From an uncultured Pseudomonadota bacterium (GTDB lineage: Bacteria; Bdellovibrionota_B; Oligoflexia; Oligoflexales; Bog-1112), in assembly GCA_937896265.1 (NCBI GenBank), contig CALBMD010000224.1, forward strand, positions 1-32,261: a stretch of 32,261 nucleotides of DNA. The letters run 5' to 3'. The stretch's first letter is position 1. Each line of letters begins with the position of its first letter. The position numbers were made by a program, and so were the translations under genes. The notes under the pieces are model-generated. The model searched no databases. It was not told the DNA's origin and was given only the letters and a program-made list of their open reading frames with translations. Of this stretch, positions 8,329 to 15,579 are shown piece by piece.

Positions 8329-8664
8329 TTAGCTGGCTCGAATAACTTTGATATCACGATAGAGAGTCAAGCATTGTTCTTTTGATTTGTCCATGGCTTC
8401 TAATAGCCTTGAGGCAGCTCCCGATGGCTGTGACAAACCCTGCTCCCAAGACTGGATTGTTTTTGAACTTACGCCAAGTAATTCAGCAAACAAAGGTTGA
8501 CTTAGCCCGATTGCTTTCCGTATCCGCGCTACATCCTCTGGTGAATAATCTATTGTTGGTTTTATTTCCCATTTTGTAATTTTTACATTTGTTTTTTTTC
8601 CTTTGGAAAAATCTTTGACTTCTTCCAAACTCTGCATAAGCAAATCGAAATTTTTCTTATCCAT
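8329..8664 (-). CDS. higA: HigA-2-like HTH (XRE) antitoxin
   Basis: The C-terminal IRKAIGLSQPLFAELLGVSSKTIQSWEQGLSQPSGAASRLLEAM matches the HigA-2/MqsA-like HTH pattern. It overlaps the upstream toxin gene by 8 nt. Confidence 0.85.
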   Translation of the reverse strand: MDKKNFDLLMQSLEEVKDFSKGKKTNVKITKWEIKPTIDYSPEDVARIRKAIGLSQPLFAELLGVSSKTIQSWEQGLSQPSGAASRLLEAMDKSKEQCLTLYRDIKVIRAS

Positions 8665-8995
8665 TTAAATCCTCCTCAATGCTTTTGAGCATTTTTGCTA
8701 CTCTACTCTTTTGTTCTGGTAACAAATCTTCAGATTCATTCTTCACTATGAGAAAAATGAAGAAAATTTTGTCCGCTTTTGCGAAATCCTTATAAAAGAC
8801 TCTGGCTCCGCCTCGTTTACCTCGGCCTGAAGCAGGAACTCTGATTTTTCTTAGCCCGTGGGTCCCTTTAATTACAACGCCAGCATCGGGGGATGCTAGA
8901 AGAGTTCTCTGTAAAGTTCTTAGGTCTTCTTCGCTTAGCTTGGCTTCAGTCCATAACTGCCTGAAAATACTGGTTTCGATGAACTCTCGTATCAT
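8657..8995 (-). CDS. higB: HigB-2-like (RelE superfamily) toxin
   Basis: GTHGLRKIRVPASGRGKRGGARVFY...FFIFLIVKNESEDL closely follows the Vibrio HigB-2-type signature GTGGLRKIRV...GKGKRGG.R.IYY. The operon is toxin-first. Confidence 0.85.
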   Translation of the reverse strand: MIREFIETSIFRQLWTEAKLSEEDLRTLQRTLLASPDAGVVIKGTHGLRKIRVPASGRGKRGGARVFYKDFAKADKIFFIFLIVKNESEDLLPEQKSRVAKMLKSIEEDLNG

Positions 8996-9027
8996 AGACG
9001 ATCTCCTAAAGTCCTAAATAATAGTAG

Positions 9028-9042
9028 TCCTAAAATTTAGGA
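9028..9042. promoter_or_regulatory. dyad operator candidate upstream of higBA
   Basis: TCCTAAA-A-TTTAGGA is a perfect inverted repeat. Extra TCCTAAA half-sites occur at 9004-9010 and 9012-9018. Confidence 0.45.
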
Positions 9043-9077
9043 TAGTCAAGAGATATCCGTCGAATCGTTGCTCAATT

Positions 9078-9113
9078 ATTTAGAATTATACTTTCACACT
9101 CACACTATATAGA
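9078..9113 (+). promoter_or_regulatory. conserved 36-bp promoter-like element, copy C
   Basis: ATTTAGAATTA-N12-CACACTATATAGA lies 40 bp upstream of the gpW-like ATG. Confidence 0.5.
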
Positions 9114-9153
9114 AACGAATTAGAAAGTGATTTTCACCCGGAGCTTGCTGGAA

Positions 9154-9354
9154 ATGCCTTCGATCGAAAAACAATTAAAGACGCTAAAAGCAGCATATGC
9201 CTCCGGGGTAAATCGCGTTCGTTTTGGTGACCAAGAGATCACCTATAAGACAGAAGAAGAAATGCGACGCATCATAGAAAGGCTGGAAAGACAGCTAAAT
9301 GGCGCGCATAAGATCAAGTTTGTTACGCCACGATTTTCAAAAGGTTTAGATTGA
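9154..9354 (+). CDS. head-tail joining protein, lambda gpW-like
   Basis: The 66-aa product reads LKTLKAAYASGVNRVRFGDQEITYKTEEEMRRIIERLERQL, which fits the gpW pattern. It sits between terL and the portal as in lambda. The ORF is open from GTG 9127. Confidence 0.7.
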   Translation: MPSIEKQLKTLKAAYASGVNRVRFGDQEITYKTEEEMRRIIERLERQLNGAHKIKFVTPRFSKGLD

Positions 9355-10751
9355 GCTTCATTGACTCTGCCATTGAAAGGATTTCACCTGCTTTCGCTTT
9401 ACGGCGCGAGATAGCTAGACGCAAGCTATTTGCTGTAAGAGCTTTCGAGGGGGCATCTCTTTCGCCAAGGATGGATAGATGGGGTCTTGCCTCCTATAAG
9501 GATACCTATAAAGACCGCAAATATCTTAGGCAGCGGGCTAGATATCTCGTTGATAACAACCCTTATGCCGCAAGAGCCTTAGCAACTTTGTCCTCTTATA
9601 CGATCGGCAAGGGAATTATCCCGCATATTGATGATAGCGCAAAAGCTATATCAATATTTGAGCGTAGCCTAAAGCATTGGGCTGATAGCGAAGCTTGCGA
9701 CGTCGAAGGCTACACTAATCTCTATGGCCTTCAAGCACTCATTGTGAAAAATCTCATTGTCGACGGCGAGGTTTTCGTCCAGCGGGTGTTCGACAAATCG
9801 GCAATCATTCCTATTAAGCTGCGTCTTATTGAGGCCAGCAAGCTTGACGAGACTAAAAGCACCAATGATGGGAAAATCCAGCACGGTATTGAATACGCTG
9901 GCAATGGCCAGATAGCAGCCTACTGGTTTGCCAGCGACGAAGCGCAAGAAAGTAAAAGAGTCGATGCCGATGATATAGCTCATGTCTTTCGCAAGGATCG
10001 CGCTGGCCAGAGCCGTGGTGTGAGCTGGTTTGCTCCGATTCTTACCCGCCTCAAAGACTTCGACGATTTCGAAGATGCAGAGCTGTTACGGCAAAAACTA
10101 TCGGCTTCGATTGTCGGGGTTTTCCGCGACCTCGAAGCGCAAGGCGATGATTTTGGTGAGAAGTCCTCAATACCTAAAGAAATTAAGCCTGGTTCGATTT
10201 TCGAGGCTCCTGCTGGCCAAACTATCGAATTTTTTGCCCCACCTGCACCAGCGGGAAGCAGTGCCTATATTACTCACATCAAAATGACGTTGGCGATTGG
10301 CCTTGGCATCCCTTATATGCTGCTGGCTGGCGACTATAGCAATTCCAATTTCTCTTCTTCGCGCCTATCGATGCTTAACTTCTATAAATACATAGATCAG
10401 ATCCAGTCATTAGTGTTGATCCCTACATTTTGTAACCCGGTGGCGCGCTGGTTTGAAGAGGCCTGCTCTTTAAAAATGCAGGCACCACCTCTAAAAATGG
10501 CTTGGACGCCGCCCAAGAAGGACCTCACAGACCCGATTAAAGAAATCGAAGCGATGCGACGCACCGTCGAGGCTGGCTTTTGCGCTCATCAAGACGTGAT
10601 CCGAGAATTGGGTGAAGACCCAGAAGACGTCTATCAGCGCATCGATACGTCTAACAAATTGATCGATCAAAAAGGATTTTCGTTCTCAACAGATTATCGC
10701 AACAAGAAGGAATTCCAAGGTGAAAATAAGATCACTCAGTCGCGAAGCTAG
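9351..10751 (+). CDS. portal protein, lambda (gpB) family
   Basis: RARYLVDNNPYAARALATLSSYTIGKGIIP and GVSWFAPIL are characteristic of Phage_portal_2. The TTG start overlaps the gpW stop. Confidence 0.9.
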   Translation: MSFIDSAIERISPAFALRREIARRKLFAVRAFEGASLSPRMDRWGLASYKDTYKDRKYLRQRARYLVDNNPYAARALATLSSYTIGKGIIPHIDDSAKAISIFERSLKHWADSEACDVEGYTNLYGLQALIVKNLIVDGEVFVQRVFDKSAIIPIKLRLIEASKLDETKSTNDGKIQHGIEYAGNGQIAAYWFASDEAQESKRVDADDIAHVFRKDRAGQSRGVSWFAPILTRLKDFDDFEDAELLRQKLSASIVGVFRDLEAQGDDFGEKSSIPKEIKPGSIFEAPAGQTIEFFAPPAPAGSSAYITHIKMTLAIGLGIPYMLLAGDYSNSNFSSSRLSMLNFYKYIDQIQSLVLIPTFCNPVARWFEEACSLKMQAPPLKMAWTPPKKDLTDPIKEIEAMRRTVEAGFCAHQDVIRELGEDPEDVYQRIDTSNKLIDQKGFSFSTDYRNKKEFQGENKITQSRS

Positions 10752-12531
10752 TTTTTTGCCACAAAGCATTGACCGCGAGCGCCGCACAGTGGAAGTGGTT
10801 TGGTCGACTGGGGCAAGGGTCTTGCGGTCTGATTTCATGTCAGGTCCCCATTATGAGGAGCTGTCGCTTGACCCTAAGCATGTTGATCTAAGGCGCTTTA
10901 ACTCAGGGGCGCCGGTGGTTGACAATCATAAAACCTGGAGCCTGAAAGACCAGATTGGTGTCGTAGAAAGGGCCTGGATTGATGGGAAAGAGGCGAAAGC
11001 TTTGATTCGCTTCTCCAAGAGAGCCGATGTCCAACCTATCTTTGATGATATTGCTGATGGTGTCTTTCGCAACATTTCAATTGGCTATCGTGTCCTCAAG
11101 GCTGATGAAAGCACTCGCCAAGGGGACAAGATCAAGACCATTACAGCCACCAAGTGGGAGCCATATGAGCTTTCTCTTGTTCTCATTAATGCCGACGCCA
11201 AAGCTCAAGTAAGGAGTAACAAAGTGGAACCAGAATTAGAAGAAAACACCAGCATTGGAATCCCAGAAAACAACCAAGATGTGAAGGAGAAGGAAAAGCT
11301 CAGATGTCGAAGCATCATTGATTTGACGCGCAAATTTTCCATGGAGCAATCCTTCGCTGATACCCTCATTGACAAGGATAAAAGTCTCGATGAAGCTAGG
11401 GAAATAATTCTCGAAGCGCTATCGAATCGTAGCATTGCCCAAGAGATTCGTACTACTTCAATCGAACTGGGACAAGATGAGAGAGACTTCAAACGCTCTG
11501 GCATTGCCAATGCCCTGTTAAATCGAGCTAATCCGGTAAACAAACTCGATGATAATGGTCGCCGATACCGATCCTATTCCTTGCTGGATGTAGCAAAGGA
11601 ATGTGTGGGTGCAAGTTCTAACACTCTCACAAAAGATAGACTAGTTAGTCGCGCCTTTCATAGCACCTCCGACTTTCCCGAGATTCTTGGTAACGCTGCT
11701 CAGCAAAGCCTTATGGCTTCTTATGAGCGCCTGATGCAAAAGCAAAACTTTTGGCCACTAGCTAGAATTAAAAGTGCTCCAGACTTTAGGCCGATGCGAC
11801 GTGTGCGCATCGGTGAGATGCCTTCATTAGCTGAACTCCCTGAAGGAGCAGAATACTCCCATGGCACTCTAGGTGAAAGCGCTGAGGAATACCGGATTTC
11901 TACTTGGGGTAGATCCATCGGTATTACCCGCCAAATGGTTATTAATGACGATCTAGGAGCACTTGATACCTTGAGCAATTGGGGTGGCGCTATTTCGCGG
12001 CTTGAGAGCTTCCTTTTTTGGTCCATCTTTAACGATAACCCAAAAATGGCCGATGGCATTCCTCTATTCGACAAAAAACACGGTAATAAAGCAGAGAATC
12101 CAGTTGAACTCAGCGTTGAGGCACTAGCTGCCGCTAGAATCGCCATGGGCCGTCAGCAAGGGATAGATAAGGGAGAAGGCGATTTTCTCGATCTAAAGCC
12201 AGAATTTTTGATCGTTCCTTTAGAGCTTCAGATGAAAGCTGAGCAACTTTTGAGTCGAGAGGTGCTGCCACTTGATCCGAGCAAGGTAAACCCCTTCAAA
12301 GACGCTTTTACGCCAATTGTAACGAGCAGGATCAAAGATCCTAAGGCTTGGTTCCTCTCAACTTCTAATGAGCAAGGAGTCGACCTTATCGAAATGGCTT
12401 ATTTGGATGGACAACGTGCGCCGTTTATAGAGTGGGAAACCGACTTTAAAACTGACTCGCTGGTGGTTAAAGCGCGCATGGATATCGCAGCTAAAGCCAT
12501 TGATTACCGTGGATTTTACAAAGGAGCTTAA
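10720..12531 (+). CDS. prohead protease / scaffold-like linker / major capsid protein fusion
   Basis: The N-terminal ~170 aa look like an HK97-type prohead serine protease (VVDNHK..., NISIGYRV). A Glu/Lys-rich linker follows. The C-terminal ~330 aa look like a capsid protein ending in DYRGFYKGA. It is a single 603-aa ORF with no internal stop. Confidence 0.8.
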   Translation: MKIRSLSREASFLPQSIDRERRTVEVVWSTGARVLRSDFMSGPHYEELSLDPKHVDLRRFNSGAPVVDNHKTWSLKDQIGVVERAWIDGKEAKALIRFSKRADVQPIFDDIADGVFRNISIGYRVLKADESTRQGDKIKTITATKWEPYELSLVLINADAKAQVRSNKVEPELEENTSIGIPENNQDVKEKEKLRCRSIIDLTRKFSMEQSFADTLIDKDKSLDEAREIILEALSNRSIAQEIRTTSIELGQDERDFKRSGIANALLNRANPVNKLDDNGRRYRSYSLLDVAKECVGASSNTLTKDRLVSRAFHSTSDFPEILGNAAQQSLMASYERLMQKQNFWPLARIKSAPDFRPMRRVRIGEMPSLAELPEGAEYSHGTLGESAEEYRISTWGRSIGITRQMVINDDLGALDTLSNWGGAISRLESFLFWSIFNDNPKMADGIPLFDKKHGNKAENPVELSVEALAAARIAMGRQQGIDKGEGDFLDLKPEFLIVPLELQMKAEQLLSREVLPLDPSKVNPFKDAFTPIVTSRIKDPKAWFLSTSNEQGVDLIEMAYLDGQRAPFIEWETDFKTDSLVVKARMDIAAKAIDYRGFYKGA

Positions 12532-12532
12532 C

Positions 12533-12844
12533 TTGAAAAACTTTTTGCAAAATGGCGATCTCATCACGTGCGATGCACCCAGTGACGTGAAATCAGGCGA
12601 TATTGTAGTGATTGGACAAATGGCCTGTGTGGCGGTTACTGATGCCCAAGATCAAAGCGTCACCCTATCGACAACCGGTGTTTTTAGCCTGCCCAAGGTC
12701 AAAAAAGAAGTCTTCACGCCTGGGCAAAGGGTCTATACCAAAGATGGTCTAGTAACTGGCGAGCCAAAGGATGCTGTTGATCTGGGATTCGCTTTAAAAG
12801 CCTGTAGCCAAAAAAGCGAAGGCTGGGAGGTACTACTACGATGA
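12533..12844 (+). CDS. DUF2190-like head protein (decoration/cement candidate)
   Basis: TTG lies 7 nt after AAGGAG (12521-12526). The sequence GDIVVIGQMACVAVTD...GVFSLPK fits DUF2190 proteins, which commonly follow capsid genes. The ORF is open from 12500. Confidence 0.6.
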   Translation: MKNFLQNGDLITCDAPSDVKSGDIVVIGQMACVAVTDAQDQSVTLSTTGVFSLPKVKKEVFTPGQRVYTKDGLVTGEPKDAVDLGFALKACSQKSEGWEVLLR

Positions 12845-13161
12845 TTCCCATATTAGCCATCAGTGCTGCTTTTGCTTCTATCAAGATGTTGCTAGGTGTG
12901 GTTGCCACCTTCTACCTTGTCGACAAGCAGCTTAAAACCCGTGTCCTCTTTGAGACTAATCCGACGACGGTGGATGCTCAAAGTGGCCTGCAGGTAATTT
13001 CAAACCAGTGTCGTTTGACTACAAAGGCCTGTAAGGACACCAAAGCAATTTGTGTAGGTACGAAGGTTACTATCAAGAAGAAGAGCTATTCGATTAAGAG
13101 CGTGTTTTTGGACGAAAGTAGAAGGGTGGTGGTCTGTGACCTCGCAAAGACGAAAGATTAG
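12841..13161 (+). CDS. hypothetical head-tail connector region protein
   Basis: The ATGA overlap with the preceding gene suggests translational coupling. The function call rests on position only. Confidence 0.4.
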   Translation: MIPILAISAAFASIKMLLGVVATFYLVDKQLKTRVLFETNPTTVDAQSGLQVISNQCRLTTKACKDTKAICVGTKVTIKKKSYSIKSVFLDESRRVVVCDLAKTKD

Positions 13162-13597
13162 ACAATATGCGCAGCAAGCTTGCGCATGGATTTTCAGTGA
13201 TATTCGTTTTGGAGCAAGGGGCAAAAGCAACGTCTCTGCACCATGCCTGATCATCTCAACGCCAAAAGAAACACGTATTTTGAAGGGTCAAAGTCCCAAG
13301 ATTTATGAGGTTGAGACCACGCTTAGCTGCGAGATTTTGGCCTGGGAGAAAGAGAATATCCTAGACGAGCTAGATGCTTTAGGTGACCTAGTGGAAGGTG
13401 TCATATTAAAAGATCGCTTTTTTTCTGGTATTTCTTGCGACGTTAATTTGATTTCTACCTATAGCGAAGCGAATGCAACAGATGAAAACAATTTCGGTTC
13501 GCTACTCTTAATGTTTGAAGTCAAAAGCCATATGGAGATTGCCGAAGAGCTGCCAAATTACTACCAAATGGGAGGGCTCAGCATTGGTAAGCTTTAA
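13136..13597 (+). CDS. hypothetical protein (tail completion/terminator candidate by position)
   Basis: 153-aa ORF with a GTG start, located between the head genes and the sheath gene. No motif recognised. Confidence 0.4.
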   Translation: MTSQRRKIRQYAQQACAWIFSDIRFGARGKSNVSAPCLIISTPKETRILKGQSPKIYEVETTLSCEILAWEKENILDELDALGDLVEGVILKDRFFSGISCDVNLISTYSEANATDENNFGSLLLMFEVKSHMEIAEELPNYYQMGGLSIGKL

Positions 13598-14810
13598 TCA
13601 AAAAATAGAAAATGCTTTGTCACCATTTAACTATATTGAATTCTCGAATGCAGAGGCATTTGAAGGACTTTCGACGCAGCCGCAAAGGCTGCTTTTAATT
13701 GATCTTGCTGAGCCGTCGCAGCCTATTGCACAAATTAGCGAGGCAGCAAATCAAACCAGCACAATGGCACAGTCTGAGACTGTAAAAAAGAAAGCGAAGC
13801 AAGTAGAGATAGCAACAGCAGGCGACTTAGTAAGCCAACCGACCGAAGATGAGCAGCCGAAAAAAAAGCCTCTAATACCTTTAGAGAAAAACAAAGTTAT
13901 AGCAGGTATGGAGGCGGCCAAATACGAGCTAACCAAGCGCCTAGAGGAGGCCTTGGCAGCAGTAAAGGAAGTGAGCCAAGGCATAGAGATCTATCTCTTG
14001 CTGATGGATGGCAAAGAGAAAATAGCTGATTTTCTCCCTGAAACCCAATACACCCAAATTGCTTTGTTGGTCGACGATGAGGATTTAATCAAAGATCTAC
14101 GAACCATCTTAGAGAAGAGATGGGGCCAAGAGGTCCAACTAGATGGGCATCTATTCCTAGCTTCATCTGCTGATCATAGCGCATTAAAGAAGCAGTCTAC
14201 CAAGATGTTGGATTTAAATGTTTCATTAATCCCTTGTCCAGTAGCAGACAAAAGTCACATTTGGGCTGCTACTTTTGCTGCAACGAATACCGTTTATGCC
14301 GTTACCCCGTCACGGCCCTATCAAACGTTAAAGGTTAAAGGCATCTCATACGTTGGCCAAGGACCCAACTTAGAGCAACGCAATGATCTTCTAAAATCAG
14401 GTGTAAGTACCTGGAAAGTCAGTGGCGATTCGATCCATATCGACCGCCTTGTTACTACCTATAGCAAAGACGCAAGCTACCGAGACTTAAACACCAAGCA
14501 GACTCTAAGCTACATCCGCTACGACTTTAACCGCTCTATTGCAGCGATGTTCCCGCGGCACATGTTAGCCAAAGACAACTATGCCTACCAAGGGCCAGTT
14601 ATTACGCCGACAGTAGCAAAAGCCTTTGCTATCTCTCGCTATCGGAAGTGGCAAGCAAATAATTTGGTTCAAGATCCGGACGGCTCTTTTGCCAAAAAAG
14701 TAAGAGTTGAAGTGGACGAAAAGCAAGGCGACAAGCTCAATTTCTACTTGCCCGTGCACGTCATGGGACAGTGGGTCATTACGCAAACACAAATAGCTTT
14801 TAGGATCTGA
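13584..14810 (+). CDS. contractile tail sheath protein (Mu gpL-like)
   Basis: The conserved C-terminal part reads SRPYQTLKVKGI...NDLLKSGVSTW...IDRLVTTY...LSYIRYDF. Its position is immediately before the tube gene. TTG 13584 lies 8 nt after GGGAGGG, and the alternative ATG 13515 would overlap the upstream gene by 83 nt. Confidence 0.85.
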   Translation: MVSFNQKIENALSPFNYIEFSNAEAFEGLSTQPQRLLLIDLAEPSQPIAQISEAANQTSTMAQSETVKKKAKQVEIATAGDLVSQPTEDEQPKKKPLIPLEKNKVIAGMEAAKYELTKRLEEALAAVKEVSQGIEIYLLLMDGKEKIADFLPETQYTQIALLVDDEDLIKDLRTILEKRWGQEVQLDGHLFLASSADHSALKKQSTKMLDLNVSLIPCPVADKSHIWAATFAATNTVYAVTPSRPYQTLKVKGISYVGQGPNLEQRNDLLKSGVSTWKVSGDSIHIDRLVTTYSKDASYRDLNTKQTLSYIRYDFNRSIAAMFPRHMLAKDNYAYQGPVITPTVAKAFAISRYRKWQANNLVQDPDGSFAKKVRVEVDEKQGDKLNFYLPVHVMGQWVITQTQIAFRI

Positions 14811-14811
14811 T

Positions 14812-15177
14812 ATGGGACGCATTGGCGGCATCGTCTATCTACGCAAAGACGGAAAACTAATCACTCTAGGGGATGGCGACCTGAGCTTCAATCTCGGAGG
14901 TATTAAGAGAGAAGCCGTGCTTTCTAGCTCTGGGGTTGCAGGATTCTCTGGCAAATTTCAGGTGCCTTTTATCGAAGGCGAGATGCTGCATACCAAAGAT
15001 TTGGACATCAAAGAGATGCTGGACACCGAAGATGCAACCATTTCGGCAGAACTTTACAACGGCAAAACATTTATTTTACATGAGGCTTTTTTCGTCGGTG
15101 AAGGGGATGTCTCTTCCGACGGTAAATTTAAATTTCGCTTTGAAAGTGCTAAAGAAGGAGAACTAATCGATGCTTAA
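14812..15177 (+). CDS. tail tube protein (Mu gpM-like)
   Basis: The 121-aa product reads GGIVYLRKDGKLITLGDGDLSFNLGGIKREAV...AELYNGKTFILHEAF, which fits the Mu-type tube family pattern. Confidence 0.85.
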   Translation: MGRIGGIVYLRKDGKLITLGDGDLSFNLGGIKREAVLSSSGVAGFSGKFQVPFIEGEMLHTKDLDIKEMLDTEDATISAELYNGKTFILHEAFFVGEGDVSSDGKFKFRFESAKEGELIDA

Positions 15178-15433
15178 ACCTTACATGGAAGACAACATCT
15201 TGCACCTGTCAAAGACCTACAAATTTGGCAGCTCTGAAATAAGCCAACTAACTTTTGGTGAATTAACGGCAGCAGAAATGGGAGAAATCACGATTAACGG
15301 TGCCACAAAATTCAAAGAATTTTTTCCCATCATCTCAAAATTAACCGGAGTGACACCCAGCTTCGTGACCAAACTCAGTCGGCAAGACATCATGCTGGCC
15401 GTGGAGCATGTTGGTTTTTTGTTAGCCGAGTGA
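15170..15433 (+). CDS. tail assembly chaperone (G/E-like, short form)
   Basis: The 87-aa acidic protein lies between the tube and tape measure genes and carries a slippery heptamer near its 3' end. Confidence 0.8.
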   Translation: MLKPYMEDNILHLSKTYKFGSSEISQLTFGELTAAEMGEITINGATKFKEFFPIISKLTGVTPSFVTKLSRQDIMLAVEHVGFLLAE

Positions 15434-15579
15434 AGGTTGATGTTAAGGAAGCGCATGAAATTCTTCTCTACTTCACTCATTTTCAGCCTTCAGAGATGAT
15501 GCGAATGACGGAAAAAGAAATGCTGTATTGGGTGGAGCGTGTTGGAAAAGCATACAAGAACTATAGGCCAAAACAATGA
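15170..15579 (+). CDS. tail assembly chaperone, -1 frameshift-extended form (GT/E+E'-like)
   Basis: The -1 frame is open from 15421 to TGA at 15577-15579 (52 further codons: VSRVKVDVKEAHE...YRPKQ) and has no start or RBS of its own. Its TGA overlaps the tape measure ATG at 15576. Confidence 0.65.
15415..15421 (+). promoter_or_regulatory. -1 programmed frameshift slippery heptamer T_TTT_TTG
   Basis: In the zero frame GGT TTT TTG, the heptamer T TTT TTG fits X_XXY_YYZ. Confidence 0.65.

Noticed and set aside
11721-12146. Long antisense ORFs lie inside large genes (for example 11721-12146, 15668-16093, 6660-6995 and 19226-19555 on the minus strand).
   Set aside because: They are shadow ORFs opposite well-supported structural genes. 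They have Ser/Leu/Arg-rich compositions, no RBS and no motifs.
13640-13990. A Lys/Glu/Gln-rich segment near the sheath N-terminus looked like a lineage-specific insertion.
   Set aside because: I cannot judge this without an alignment to Mu-type sheath proteins. The overall length (about 410-430 aa) is not longer than typical sheaths.
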